This document shows positions 50,660 through 61,757 of a stretch of DNA of 64,000 bases, piece after piece. The stretch covers positions 41,669 to 105,668 of the forward strand of contig CAVRBN010000071.1 in NCBI GenBank assembly GCA_963719255.1, read 5' to 3'. The translations under genes were made by a program, and so were the position numbers. Position 1 is the first letter of the stretch. Every line of letters starts with the position of its first letter. A model generated the notes under the pieces. It saw only the letters and a program-made list of their open reading frames with translations. It ran no database searches and had not been told where the DNA came from. Source of the stretch: an uncultured Actinomycetota bacterium. Lineage in GTDB: Bacteria > Actinomycetota > Actinomycetes > Propionibacteriales > Nocardioidaceae.

Positions 50660-51870
50660 ATGACGTCCGGGTCGCATCGCCCCCTGGCAGGCATCCGTGT
50701 GGTCGAGGCCGCCTCTTTCGTCGCCGTGCCCTCGGCGGGAATGGCGCTCAGCCAGCTCGGCGTTGACGTCATCCGCGTCGATCCCCCCGGCGGCGGTAGT
50801 GACGCGGGGCGTTGGCCGCTTTCCCGGACCGGAGCAAGTCTGTTCTGGGCAAACCTCAACAAGGGCAAACGGTCGGTGACCATCGACCACCGTCAGGCCG
50901 AGGGGCGGGAGCTGCTGATTGAGCTCGTGGTGACCTCAGGGGTCGACGGGGGTATCTTCCTCGACAACATGGTCGGGGCGAGACGCCTTCGCTACGAGGA
51001 GCTCGCAGCACGACGGGCCGACATCATCCATGTCCACGTCGAGGGACGGCGCAACGGCAAGCCGGCCGTCGACTACTCCATCAACGCGGAGGTCGGGGTC
51101 CCTCTGATGACCGGCCCTGTCGAGGGCGCCGTGCCGGTCAATCACGTGCTCCCGGCATGGGACCTGGTCACGGGCATGCTGGCGGCGTCCGCCGTCAGCG
51201 CCGCCCTGTTCCAGCGTCAACGGACCGGGAGCCGGCTCGAGGGTGGAAGTCGCTCTTGCGGACGTTGCGCTCGCGGGTGTCGCGAACATGGGGTGGCTGG
51301 CCGAGGCGGACGAGCTGGGACATCCGCGAGCCAGGGTCGGCAACCACATGTTCGGGTCCTTCGGCGTCGACTTCGCGACATCCGACGGCCGGCGCATCAT
51401 GGTGGTGGCGCTGACCGAGGGTCAGTGGAAGGCACTTCGTCGAGTGACCAACACGGAGCGGGTGTTCGCTGCGCTCGAGGAGACCCTCGACGCCGACCTC
51501 GACCGAGAGGGGGACCGATACCGACTTCGCGAGACGATCGCATCGATCCTGCGACCCTGGTTCGAGGCTCGTGACCTGGCGACGCTCGAGAAGCTCCTGG
51601 ACGATGCCAAGGTGCTCTGGAGCCCCTACCTCGACACGTCGGAGGCGCTGGCCGAAGCGCTCCGTGCGGGCGACGGGCTCGTCACGAAGATCGAACAGCT
51701 CGGGGTGGGTCCGATGGTCGCCGCGGCAGGCGCCTGGCGCTGGGGCGAAGAACGCCCCTCCAGCGATTCCGGCGCCCGCGCTGTCAGCGGACACCGATCG
51801 CGTGCTGAGCGACGTCCTGGACCTGACAGCCGCCGAGATCGGCCGCCTGAGGTCGCGGGGCATCGTCTGA
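50660..51870 (+). CDS. Family III CoA-transferase, mesaconyl-CoA C1-C4 isomerase (Mct)-like; frameshifts near 51235 and 51740
   Basis: RVVEAASFVAVP, DP.GGG.D..RWP, SLFWANLNKGKRS, AVDY, PVNHVLPAWD, GN...G.FG.DF.T.DG. Confidence 0.75.
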
Positions 51871-52097
51871 GAGCCGTCACCCCCAAGCGCGTCGGTCAGG
51901 GGAGCCTCGTGTCCGGAAGCGCGCAGTGGAGCCTCTGACGGGCTGGTTCACGCGAGTGCTCGTGATGAGCGCGAGTGTCAGATCGTGGTGTAGTTCGTGG
52001 CATCCGGGCGCGTCTTCTGGTCACGGGCCTTCGAATCTCCCGATGCGAGCGAATGAACACGCGCGAGCCTCACCAGGGCTCTTGCGCAATGCCCAAG

Positions 52098-52125
52098 AGT
52101 CTGACAATAATGCTCTTGTCAGACA
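52098..52125. promoter_or_regulatory. Putative operator pair (AGTCTGACA, TGTCAGACA; 19-bp offset)
   Basis: AT-rich patch upstream of epimerase copy 2. Confidence 0.65.
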
Positions 52126-52246
52126 TTTACTGTGATGTAAGCACTACCGCCTCTGCAAGCGCATACTCGCACCGCCTCAGCGTGGCTAGGAGCGTCACCC
52201 ACTGTGTGGGCTGCGGGGCCGGACCCAACGTGCTGAAGGAGGAGTG

Positions 52247-53236
52247 GTGACCGAAGCGTCCTCATCTGGTGGTGGTGCTTCCTCAGAACAGTCAGGGACG
52301 GTCCTCGTGACCGGCGCTGCGGGCTTTCTCGGGTCGCGCGTGGTGTCGCAACTGAGCGTTCAAGGACGCCATCAGGTCATCGCGACCGACGTCGTGACGT
52401 CTCGGACGTCCGATGCGCTGGCAGCACTGCCGGGCGTGGAGTTCCGCCCACTCGATCTCAGGGACCACGGAGAGCTCGAGCGTGCGGTGAGCGACGCGAC
52501 TCACGTCGTACACCTGGCGGCGGTGCGCGGCAAGGCATCCCAGGCACGCCCCCGCGAGGGCTTCGAGGTCAACATCGGCGCGACCAACGACCTCTTGACC
52601 CTTGCTGGCTCACACAGGGTGCAGCGCTTCGTCTACGGGTCCTCCCATCTCGTGTACGGAGCGTTCCCCGACCCCCACCGCGCCAGGTTCTCGGAGGAGG
52701 AAGGCGCAGTCCGGCCAGGGCTGTCGTTGTACGCCGCCGCCAAGCTCGCCTGCGAGGCACTGATGGCACCACTCTCCCAAGCGGCTGGCTTCGCCTCCAT
52801 CGCGCTGCGTTTCGGTGGCATCTACGGGCCTGGTGCGGCTCCGGACTCGAACAGCGGCGCCATGATCGCCGCCTTGAAGGCGATCGACCGCGGCGACCGC
52901 CCGTCCGTCGATTGGAGCAGAGACTCGCTTCATGCGTTGATCTACGTCGACGACGCCGCTCGCGCCGTCGTGAAGGCCATCGACACGACGGCGGAGTCGT
53001 TCGCGGTGAACGTCGTCGGCGAGCCCGTATCCTGTCTCGACATCTACACGACGCTGGTGCGTCTCTATGGCCATGACCCTGACACGATCGACTGGCTGGA
53101 GGAACGCCGCCGCTACCAGCTCGTCAGTGGCGAAAGGCTGCGCTCGGAGCTGGACTGCCCACCGGGCACGACCTTGGAGGACGGTCTGCGTGCCATCATC
53201 GACTGGCATCGTTCAGGCGAGGCGCCCGCCGGATGA
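52247..53236 (+). CDS. NAD-dependent epimerase/dehydratase (extended SDR), copy 2
   Basis: VTGAAGFLG, HLAA, YAAAK, LRFGGIYGP; AAGGAGG RBS. Confidence 0.88.
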   Translation: MTEASSSGGGASSEQSGTVLVTGAAGFLGSRVVSQLSVQGRHQVIATDVVTSRTSDALAALPGVEFRPLDLRDHGELERAVSDATHVVHLAAVRGKASQARPREGFEVNIGATNDLLTLAGSHRVQRFVYGSSHLVYGAFPDPHRARFSEEEGAVRPGLSLYAAAKLACEALMAPLSQAAGFASIALRFGGIYGPGAAPDSNSGAMIAALKAIDRGDRPSVDWSRDSLHALIYVDDAARAVVKAIDTTAESFAVNVVGEPVSCLDIYTTLVRLYGHDPDTIDWLEERRRYQLVSGERLRSELDCPPGTTLEDGLRAIIDWHRSGEAPAG

Positions 53237-53273
53237 CCTCGGCCGCGCGTCACCGGAAGCAAGGGACCTCAGC

Positions 53274-53732
53274 GTGTTGGACGTGAAGCGACGCATCGTG
53301 GTCGGCGTCACCGCCGACGGTCGCTCGACCGTGGCCGTCGACGCTCACGACTTGGCCGAGATCGACCCCGTCCCTGGCTATCGAGTGCAGGACGTCTGGA
53401 GCCAACCGGCCCTGCCGGGCGCCGTGGATGACGCCGGTGTCACGTCCGGCGTCATCGACATCGAGCCCCCGCCGGAAGGGGCGCTCGTCCGCATCCTCAC
53501 CATCCAGCCCCAACCCCTCGAGGCCTGGGTTGCGAACCCCCACGGGGACGACAACCGCCACGTCCTCACGTTGGTCTCGGGGACGACCGACCTCATACTC
53601 GAGGACGCAGAGGTCACCCTGACGCCTGGAGACAGTGTGGTCCTGTCCGGACACGTCCACGACTGGCGCAACTCCTCGACCCAGCCGGCCGTGCTGGTCT
53701 ACACGACGTTTCCCTTGTGCACCGGCTCCTGA
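53274..53732 (+). CDS. Cupin domain protein
   Basis: RRIVVG..DGRS, L.PGD.VV..G..HDWRN. Confidence 0.75.
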   Translation: MLDVKRRIVVGVTADGRSTVAVDAHDLAEIDPVPGYRVQDVWSQPALPGAVDDAGVTSGVIDIEPPPEGALVRILTIQPQPLEAWVANPHGDDNRHVLTLVSGTTDLILEDAEVTLTPGDSVVLSGHVHDWRNSSTQPAVLVYTTFPLCTGS

Positions 53733-53782
53733 AGTCCCTGTCACGCCGATTGTCAGCACGGGGAGCCGGACGGGAACGGCCC

Positions 53783-54309
53783 TTACTGCGTCGCCGATAC
53801 CACCGTTGCGAGCAGCGTCACCGGGTTCTCGGTGCGGTTGCTCCAGGCGTGAGTGGTGCCCCGGTTGATGATGGTGTCTCCGGAGCGCAGCAGGGTTCTC
53901 TCGCCCGAGTCGAAGATGCACCAGATCTCCCCGTTGAGGACGGTGTCGATGTCCACGGTGTCCATGGCGTGCATGCCCAAGACAGCGCTCTCCTCGACGC
54001 CGAGCTCATGTCCGTGGAAGCTATGATCGTCTCGGCGTAGGACGCTTGGCTGATCTCGGAGTCGGGAGGGAAGGTCACCAACCGCACGATGATCCCGGAC
54101 TCCGCAGGTGCGAACTCGAGCTCTTCCCGGAGATCGTCGCTGGCGAAGGTGGTCGGCACCGTGTCCGAACGCCACACGTCGTTGCTCGTGAAGGCGGGCA
54201 GAGCCACTCTCGTTCGCGTCTGCTCGTCGACAACGATGACTGATCTGCCCTCGGCGTCGACCCCACTGACCACCCTGCGGGCCACTGCGTCGAGGTGCGA
54301 CGAGCTCAT
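53783..54309 (-). CDS. Cupin domain protein (frameshift near 54015)
   Basis: RRVVSG.D.EGRS, GMH..DTVD, GD.IINRGTTHAWSN. Confidence 0.78.
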
Positions 54310-54323
54310 GGCTGCCCCTTGTC

Positions 54324-55235
54324 TCAGGCGCCTGCCGCGGGCACGTTCACGCGACAGGTCATGATGGTTGCCTGCGGATTGCTCATGTGAACGTTCATGT
54401 CGAGCTCGTCCGGCGCCGCGCACAGGAACAGGGTCCGGCCGTCAGCCCCGCCCAACGCGGCTGCGAAACAGTTCAGATCTCCGGTGGACACCTGTTGCGC
54501 GATCTCTCCGCCAGGCATGACTCGGCTCGCCAGGGTCTTGGTGAAGTCGGCCACCCAGATCGCCCCTTCGGCGTCCACGACCGAGATCCCGTCGGCAGCT
54601 ATGACCAGCTCCTTGTAGCGCTCCTTGAGATCGGTCGACGTCGGCACCGGACCGAAGGTCGCCCAGTCGCGGCGCTCCGACAGCTTGCCGCCTTCGAGGA
54701 TGTCGAACGCCGAGAGTCGATTTGCGAAGGACTCGGCGATCACGAGGGTCTTGCCGTCGATGATGGTGGGACCGTTGGCGAAGTACAGACCGTCGCCCAC
54801 GACGGTCACCTCCCCGTCAGGTGTGACACGCATCAGGGGGCCCGGCTTGACGGGTTCCTCGACATACAGGTCGAAGCCGAAACAGCCGACGTAGGCGGTG
54901 CCGTCTTCAGTCACGGCGATGTCGTTGGCGAACCCTACGGCGTGCCGGGAAAGATCGGCGTGCTGCACCATTGACCCGTCCAGCTCCCGTCGCATGATGC
55001 GCTGCAGGTCCTGGATCACCACAAGGAGTCGATCGTCCGGCAACCAGCCCAGGCCTACGGGAATGCCCTCGACCTCGGCCTCCACTCGTAGGTCCGTCCC
55101 GCTTTCCGTGGCCGAGCAGACACGGTGGTTGTACAGGTCGCTGAACCAGATGCGCCCGCCGTGCCATCGAGGTGCCTCGGTGAGCGTGAAACCGTCGATG
55201 AGAAGCGTTGCTGATTCCACCTGTTGTTCCTCCAT
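54324..55235 (-). CDS. SMP-30/gluconolactonase family protein
   Basis: EAPRW, WFSD, ND, FANG, DGI..D.EGAIWVA, LGGADGRTLF. Confidence 0.88.
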   Translation of the reverse strand: MEEQQVESATLLIDGFTLTEAPRWHGGRIWFSDLYNHRVCSATESGTDLRVEAEVEGIPVGLGWLPDDRLLVVIQDLQRIMRRELDGSMVQHADLSRHAVGFANDIAVTEDGTAYVGCFGFDLYVEEPVKPGPLMRVTPDGEVTVVGDGLYFANGPTIIDGKTLVIAESFANRLSAFDILEGGKLSERRDWATFGPVPTSTDLKERYKELVIAADGISVVDAEGAIWVADFTKTLASRVMPGGEIAQQVSTGDLNCFAAALGGADGRTLFLCAAPDELDMNVHMSNPQATIMTCRVNVPAAGA

Positions 55236-55309
55236 GCGTACGGCGACGAGCGAGTCGCGGGAAGTGTGCTCATGACTGCGAGAGCGGCGCATGAGCCAGA
55301 CGTCGGCGC

Positions 55310-57838
55310 CTAGCGCAGGCCTCTGTTTCGCAGCCGGTTCATCGTCGCGTACACCGAGATCGCCACGATGAGGATGGAGCCGTAGATCACCTGCTGCCAA
55401 GCGGCCGCGATACCGAGCAGTGGCGTGACGTTGTTCACGAGGGCGAGGAACAGTGCGCCGAGCATGGCTCCGATGAACGATCCTCGTCCACCGGTCATGA
55501 CCGCACCGCCCAGGAAGACAGCCGCGAAACACGGCAACGTGAAGCCGACGCCGACAGAGTTCGCTCCCATCCCCGTCTGGCTGGCCAGGAAGACTCCCCC
55601 GATGACGGCTCCGAGTGCGGCGGCCATCAGACACATCGCTCTTGTCCGGCGCACGTGTTCTCCGAGGCGGGAGCTCGACTCCATGTTGAAACCGAGTGCT
55701 CGGAGCGCAAGTCCACGCGGGCGTCGGTACAGCCAGAACTCCAGATAGAACGCGATCGCCACCAGGCCGATGAAGGCCCAGGGCACGAACCCGATGCCCT
55801 TGGACACCATCGTGACCAGGTCGAAGGCGATGACTCCTCCTACCTGGGGACGGATCAGGATGGCGATCCCCTGGATGATCCCCAGTGACGCGATGGTGGC
55901 TACGATCGGGTTGATCTGCAGGCCCTCGATCAACAGGGTGTTGAAGCCACCGATGGCAATGACCGCCGCTAACAGGAGCAGCACTGTCAGCACGACAGAC
56001 TTCGGGGCCATGTCGGGAAGAGTGACTGATATCAGAACGACAGCGAGGCTCATCGTCGAGCCCACCGAGATGTCGATCAACCCGCCTATCATCGCGAACT
56101 GCTGCCCCAGGGCGACGAACGCCAGCGGAAGGGTCAGCACAAGGAGGGTCGTCAGGTTGAACGGCGACCAGAAGACGTCGGTCTTCGAGCCCGTGTAGAT
56201 GGCGAGGAAGGCAATCAGGACCAGGAGGACAGCGATGGGAAGTCGTTCAGCGCTTTGATGCAGCAGCCGTGCGGCCCACGTGCTCTTGCCGACAAGCGGA
56301 AGGTCCTCGACCCTGTCGACGTCCGTGGCGCTCACGAAGCTGTGCACGATCTCGCGCTCAGTCGTGGGCGCGGTGAGTTCCTTGATGACCTTGCCGCGGG
56401 ACATCGACGTAGACGCGGTCGCAGAGTCCAGCCAGCTCGGAGGAGTCCGAGGAGTTGACCAGGACTGCGATGCCATCGTCTGCCGCGTCGGCGAGCACCT
56501 TGTAGATGTCGAGTCGGGCCTTGGCGTCGACGCCCTGGGTGGGCTCGTCGACGATGAGGACGTTCGGAGTCTTCGCAGCGCGGGGCGGGCGAGCACGACC
56601 TTCTGCTGGTTGCCACCCGACAGGCCGCTGATCGGCTGGTGAGGGGACGCGGCACGATTCCGAGCTGTTTCGTGGCGCGCTCGAACGCCGGCAGGAGCCG
56701 GCCGTTGAGAGCCAGGCCCGCGCGGACCTGGCGTCCTGGTCCAGCTGGACAGTCGCGTTGGCCATGACGGACAAGGGCGCGAAAATCGACTCTGCCGCGC
56801 GGTCGCCGCTCTGGAAGCTGATACCGCTCGCGAGGGCAGAGGCGGGGGTCACGCGAGTCATCGGCTTGCCGGCGACCGTGGTCGAACCACCTGAGCGGTC
56901 GATGCCGATGATGCCCCGCAGCAGGGCCCGTTGGCCGTTGCCCTCGGCTCCTGCCACGCCGACGATCTCGCCGGCACGGACTCCGATGGAGACCGGACCG
57001 AAGCTCACGACCCTCGAGCTCGTGCACGTCGAGCAGCGTCTCCTCCCGGGCCGGGGCGAGGCGCGTCGGGAACTCCAGCTCGGTCGGAGCTCCCACCATC
57101 AACTCCACGATCTCGTCGATCTCCCAGCCGTTCGGAGTCCGAACGAGCCTTGGATCTCGCCGTCACGGAGCACGGTCAGCCGGTCGGCAAGCCGACGGAT
57201 CTCCTCGAGTCGATGGCTGACGTAGACGATCGCCGTGCCGGCGTCGCGCGCCTGCTTGATGATCACCTCGAGCTGGGCGGCCAAGCTGCATGTCCAGAGC
57301 GGCTGTCGGCTCGTCGAGCATCAGCACCTGCGGACGGTGCGCCATGGCCCGTGCGACCTCGAGGATCTGCCGCGCTCCCGGGCCGAGACGTGGCGACGAC
57401 ATCGGATCTGCTTGAACGGCAGCGCGAAGCGGTCCAGGATCTCGTGCAAGGTCGCTGGGCGGCTCCTGCCCGATGGCGTTGAACGACAGCGAGATGTTTG
57501 TCGGCGACGCTGAGGTCCTCGACCAGGGAGGTGTCCTGGTAGGCGGTGATGAGGCCGAGCCGCCTCGCTCGAGGGACGCCACCGCCCCCGAGGGTCTCAC
57601 CGCCGATGGTGATAGTGCCCTCGTCGGGGGACAGGACCCCGGAAGCGGCCTTGATGAGGGTGGACTTCCCCGAGCCGTTCTCCCCGACCAGTGCGTGAAC
57701 CTCGCCGGGTCGGCAGTCGAAGTCGACGTTCGCGAGTGCGCGCACCCCAGGAAAGGTCTTGGTCACCCCCCGGATCTCCAGGACCGCATCAGCGCTCTTC
57801 GCAGTGTCCACGTCCGGCACCACCTTATGAATTGACAT
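55310..57838 (-). CDS. Sugar-type ABC importer: double ATPase (RbsA-like) fused to a permease; multiple frameshifts 56400-57520
   Basis: GENGSGKST, LDEPT, YVSHRL, GAEGNGQ, DEPTQGVD, then in frame into IDISVG..AAVFLGG..GGRG permease. Confidence 0.8.
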
Positions 57839-57882
57839 GGCCTCGTTAACCCTTCTTCCCGCTGATGACTCGGGCCACCTCC

Positions 57883-57914
57883 GGTCGGGCCACCGCATGT
57901 GGGGTGGCCCGACC
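57883..57914. terminator. 12-bp GC stem-loop between the SBP and ATPase genes (mRNA stabiliser or partial terminator)
   Basis: GGTCGGGCCACC-8 nt-GGTGGCCCGACC. Confidence 0.55.
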
Positions 57915-57930
57915 CGAGCTGGCTAGATGA

Positions 57931-59197
57931 TCAGGAACCTGCGGCCAGGATGTCGGCCATCTGGTCGGCATCGAACAGGGTCGGCACAGGAGCGTTCGCC
58001 GGCATTGCGGGGTCGAAGTCCGCGACGACATCCGCAAGCTGGGCACTCGGGTACGGGATGTCGACCTGCTGGTTCACGTCTTCGCCGTCCTTCACCATCA
58101 GCCCAGCCGTGAGACCGATGCGGCCATACCACGAACGGCCATTCGCGATCAGGCCCTGGACGTCCACTCCGTCGTCGACCGCCTTCTTCGACTGGGCGAG
58201 GTACGACGCGTTGACCACGTCGGAGATCATGATCGGCGGGGTCTCGCCGCCCTTGATGAAGGGCTCAGCGAAGTAGTCCATCGTGTAGTCGTAGAGCACA
58301 GCTGTCGGGCTCTTGCCCGAGGCGAAGAGCGCGGTGCCCTCCTGGGTCATGCCCTGCGGAGTCCACTGGGTGAAGCCCTCGATGGACTTGCTCCCAGCCA
58401 CCCGCCTCCAGTGCCTCCGTCGCGCAGGGCTGCCAGATGGCCGCGCTGCCGTTCCCGGGGACCCCGGTGTACAGGCCGAAGGTCTTGTCTTCTCCCGCGA
58501 GCTCGATGGCATCGGCGCCGGCCGCCTCGTAGAACGCGCACAGGTCCGAGCTCGCCTGGACGTCCACCAGCCCGGCGACCTCCGCGGGCAAGGGCGTCTC
58601 AGCCTCGACGACGGTGATTCCGGCCGCCTTGGCCTGCTGCAACGCAGGAAGGATGGCCGGCCCGTAGATGGAGTCGATGACGATGATGTCGGGCTGCTGC
58701 GCGATGAGGCTCTTGAAGTTCGCCAGCCACGTGGGCACGTCCGTACCCAGGCTGTAGATGATCTTCGAGACCCGGCCCGACTGGATCGCCTGGGCGGTGA
58801 GTTCGGCCCGGAAGGTCTGGCGCCAGGGGTTGATGTTGTCGTTCGGGAAGGCCACCACGTAGCCGTCGTTGCCGGTCTCACAGACGTCGCCCCCGAGGCA
58901 TTCCATGAGCTTGTCCTGCATGTCGTCAGTCCACTCGGTGGACGCGATCTCCAGGGTGCGCTTGATGGCAGGGTCCAAGTCGTCCACCGGAACGTCTGTG
59001 AGGAACAGCTTGGTAGCCAGCTCCGCCACGGCCGCGGGGTCGGCTGTCACTGACGGAGCACTACCCGAAGGCTTGTTCCCCGAAGAATCGTCGCTTCCGC
59101 ATGCAGCGAGAACGCCGACACACAGAATGGCCAAGGCGGCGCTCAACACCTGATTCCTGGCGCACGCCCGAGTGCGGCCGCTGATACCGATTCGCAT
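57931..59197 (-). CDS. ABC substrate-binding lipoprotein (sugar-binding fold); frameshift near 58395
   Basis: Lipobox VLAACG, NPWR, LIAQQPDIIVI, A..AGI.VV; C-terminus in ORF 57931..58881. Confidence 0.8.
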
Positions 59198-59285
59198 CTA
59201 TTCCTCCAGATGGGTGGTTCTCATGGATGGTTCTTGCTTTCGCCCGGTCGAACTTGGGCGGACATTCGTGGTGTGTGACCACTCG

Positions 59286-60351
59286 TCAAGTCGTGCGTGC
59301 TCCTGGGCGGCTCGACGTCGCGAAGACGCGGCGGTATGCCGCGGCACCGAAGCCCCCGATGGTGAGTGCGGCGACCGCGAGGACGAGCACCACACCCTGG
59401 ATGGCGACGCGAGCCCCAGCGGGAAGGCCGAGGATCGCCATCGCCTGTTCAAGCCACTGCATCACCAGGGCGGCTGCCAGGACGCTGGACAGGCTCGCCG
59501 GACCGCCGGTAAACAGGACGCCGGCGATACCCGCCACGACGATCGTCCCCATCTGGTACGGATTGCCGGAGACCACGTCCGGCGTACCGACGTAGCCTGC
59601 GAGAAGCAGACCCGCAATGCCGTAGAGAAGCCCGGCCAGGGCGAAGGTGGCGAGCTCCACCCGCATCACCCGCATGCCCAAGGGCACGGGCCGCGCGGCG
59701 GTTCGACCCGACTGCCGCGATCTGCCGGCCGAACCGGGTCTTGTTGAGGAAGGCCGCCATCAGGGCGCAGACGACCACAGCCGCGATGAACACGACACTG
59801 ACCTTCAGGATCGACCCCTGCGCACGGTCCTGGAGCTGGCTCGGAGCCTCCCCCGTGATGGACAGGGACACACCCGTCCAGAGGTTGATGACTCCCAGCA
59901 TCATGCCCAGGGTGGCCAGGGTCACGATGACGGCGTTGAGTCGGAGAACCGAGATGAGAATCCCGTTCATCAGGCTCAGGAGCACAGACACGAGCAGGGC
60001 TGAGAGCAGAACGAGGGGAACATTGGAGCCCTCGGTCCCGTAGTGGACGGCCATGCCGGCGGACACCGAGACGATCGCCGAGATGGACAGGTCGATCGCT
60101 CCCAGCATGATGATGAGCATCTGCCCCACGGCCGCGATCGCCAGTACTCCGGCCAAGGCCGTGACGAGGGTGATCGACGCCGAGTTGAGCGCGGCCGAGG
60201 CGACCAGCACCACCAGCACCAAGGTGAGCCCTAGTGCCACCCAGCTGGACCGGTAGCGAGCAGGCCATCGGTACTTCAGATCCGTCATCCACTGTGATCG
60301 CGCATTGGACGCACGAAGTTCCTCGTGAGATTGCACGGTCTGGTCCGCCAT
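59286..60351 (-). CDS. Sugar-type ABC permease; frameshift near 59685
   Basis: GQML..GAIDLS, IVTLA, TRFGR..AVGSN..AA, GV.F.GG. Confidence 0.85.
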
Positions 60352-60576
60352 GCCCTCCCCTCCCCTCTTTCTTTCGCAACTCACAACTGGCTTGGTCATG
60401 TTCAATCGGGAAAATGTTTGACCTTAGTGTCGGGCGTCACATGCCTGCTCGTCAAGGACCTCGTCTGATGTTCTTTTTGTCAGGCCGCCCGCCACCTATG
60501 CGGGAGCCGAAGTAGGAGTTCGAGAGGGCAGCGCCGCCGTCGAGCGGTCGTGGGGGCGACCCAACCAGTTCAGATT

Positions 60577-60604
60577 TGCTTGACAGAGGCTTTATTGTCA
60601 GGCA
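60577..60604. promoter_or_regulatory. Putative operator pair (TGCTTGACA, TGTCAGGCA; 19-bp offset) overlapping a TTGACA -35
   Basis: Divergent region between the ABC operon and the Zn-ADH. Confidence 0.6.
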
Positions 60605-60660
60605 TAAACCGCCACTGTTGGCACGAGATGTGCCGTCCGGCCCAGGCAAGGAGTGCAGCG

Positions 60661-61671
60661 ATGCGAGGGATCGTCTTCCACGGGGAACGTGAGATCGAGA
60701 TCGCGAAGCTTGCCGATCCGACTCCCGAGGCAGACGAGGTCGTCATCGCCGTCAAGGCCTCGGGGATGTGCGGGTCGGACCTGCACACGTATCGAGGTCC
60801 ACACCGCGCGAAACCGATGATCGCTGGGCACGAGCCAGCCGGCGTCGTGGTAGCCGCCGGACAACTCGTGCCGGCACAGTGGGTGGGCACCCGCGTGATG
60901 GTCCACCACTACTTCGGCTGCGGGCGGTGCGACCAGTGCCGTACGGGCTGGACCCAGATGTGCCGCAACGGCGCCACCGCCATGGGTGCCACTGCCCCAG
61001 GCTCGCACGCCGAGTTCGTGAAGGTGCCTTCCAGCGCCGTCCTACCCATGCCTGACGGGCTCACTGATCTTGCAGCCGCCGCGATCAGCTGTGGCACGGG
61101 CACCGCGTGGGCAGCCCTCAAGCGACTTCAGCTGTCCGGGGACGACACCATCGCCATCTTCGGCCAGGGTCCGGTCGGCCACGCGGCGACCCAGCTCGCC
61201 AGCGCCATGGGCGCCAGGGTCATTGCCCTGGACATCGCCGCCCCACGACTGGAACGCTCCGAGGCTCTCGGCGCGTGGAAGACCGTCAACCCCGCAGAGG
61301 TGGACTCGGTCCCCGACGTGATCAGGGATCTGAACGGCGGCCGTGGCGTTTCGAAGAGCCTGGAGACCTCCGGTGCCAGTTCCGCCGCCCAGGAAGCCCT
61401 GCGCGTCCTGGACCTCTGGGGCGTCGCTTGCTGGGTCGGCGTCGGATCCACTGTCAACTTCGAGCTCACCGATCACCTCTACAAGCAGATCACCGCCTTC
61501 CCGTCCTGGACGCTCTCCGTGCCGGCTATGGAGGCGTGCGCCCAGTTCGTCCTGCAGCGAGGCATCGACGTGGACGCCCTCTTCACCGATCACTGGAAGC
61601 TCGACGACGGCGTCAAAGCCTACGAGCTGTTCGACAAGCAAGCCTCGGGCAAGGGCGTGTTCCTACCGTGA
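60661..61671 (+). CDS. Zinc-binding dehydrogenase (MDR)
   Basis: MCGSDLH, GHE, CGRCDQC..C, GQGPVG. Confidence 0.92.
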   Translation: MRGIVFHGEREIEIAKLADPTPEADEVVIAVKASGMCGSDLHTYRGPHRAKPMIAGHEPAGVVVAAGQLVPAQWVGTRVMVHHYFGCGRCDQCRTGWTQMCRNGATAMGATAPGSHAEFVKVPSSAVLPMPDGLTDLAAAAISCGTGTAWAALKRLQLSGDDTIAIFGQGPVGHAATQLASAMGARVIALDIAAPRLERSEALGAWKTVNPAEVDSVPDVIRDLNGGRGVSKSLETSGASSAAQEALRVLDLWGVACWVGVGSTVNFELTDHLYKQITAFPSWTLSVPAMEACAQFVLQRGIDVDALFTDHWKLDDGVKAYELFDKQASGKGVFLP

Positions 61672-61757
61672 ACCCGCGGTCCGGCATCAGCAAGTAGGCC
61701 ACTCACCCAGCAGGCACAACGACAGTGCAGCTATCGAAAGCACAAGGAGAGACACCC

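Noticed and set aside
31893-51870. Autotrophic 3-hydroxypropionate bicycle or full ethylmalonyl-CoA pathway
   Set aside because: Key genes (mcr, pcs, ccr, ecm) are not in the window, and the context is catabolic.
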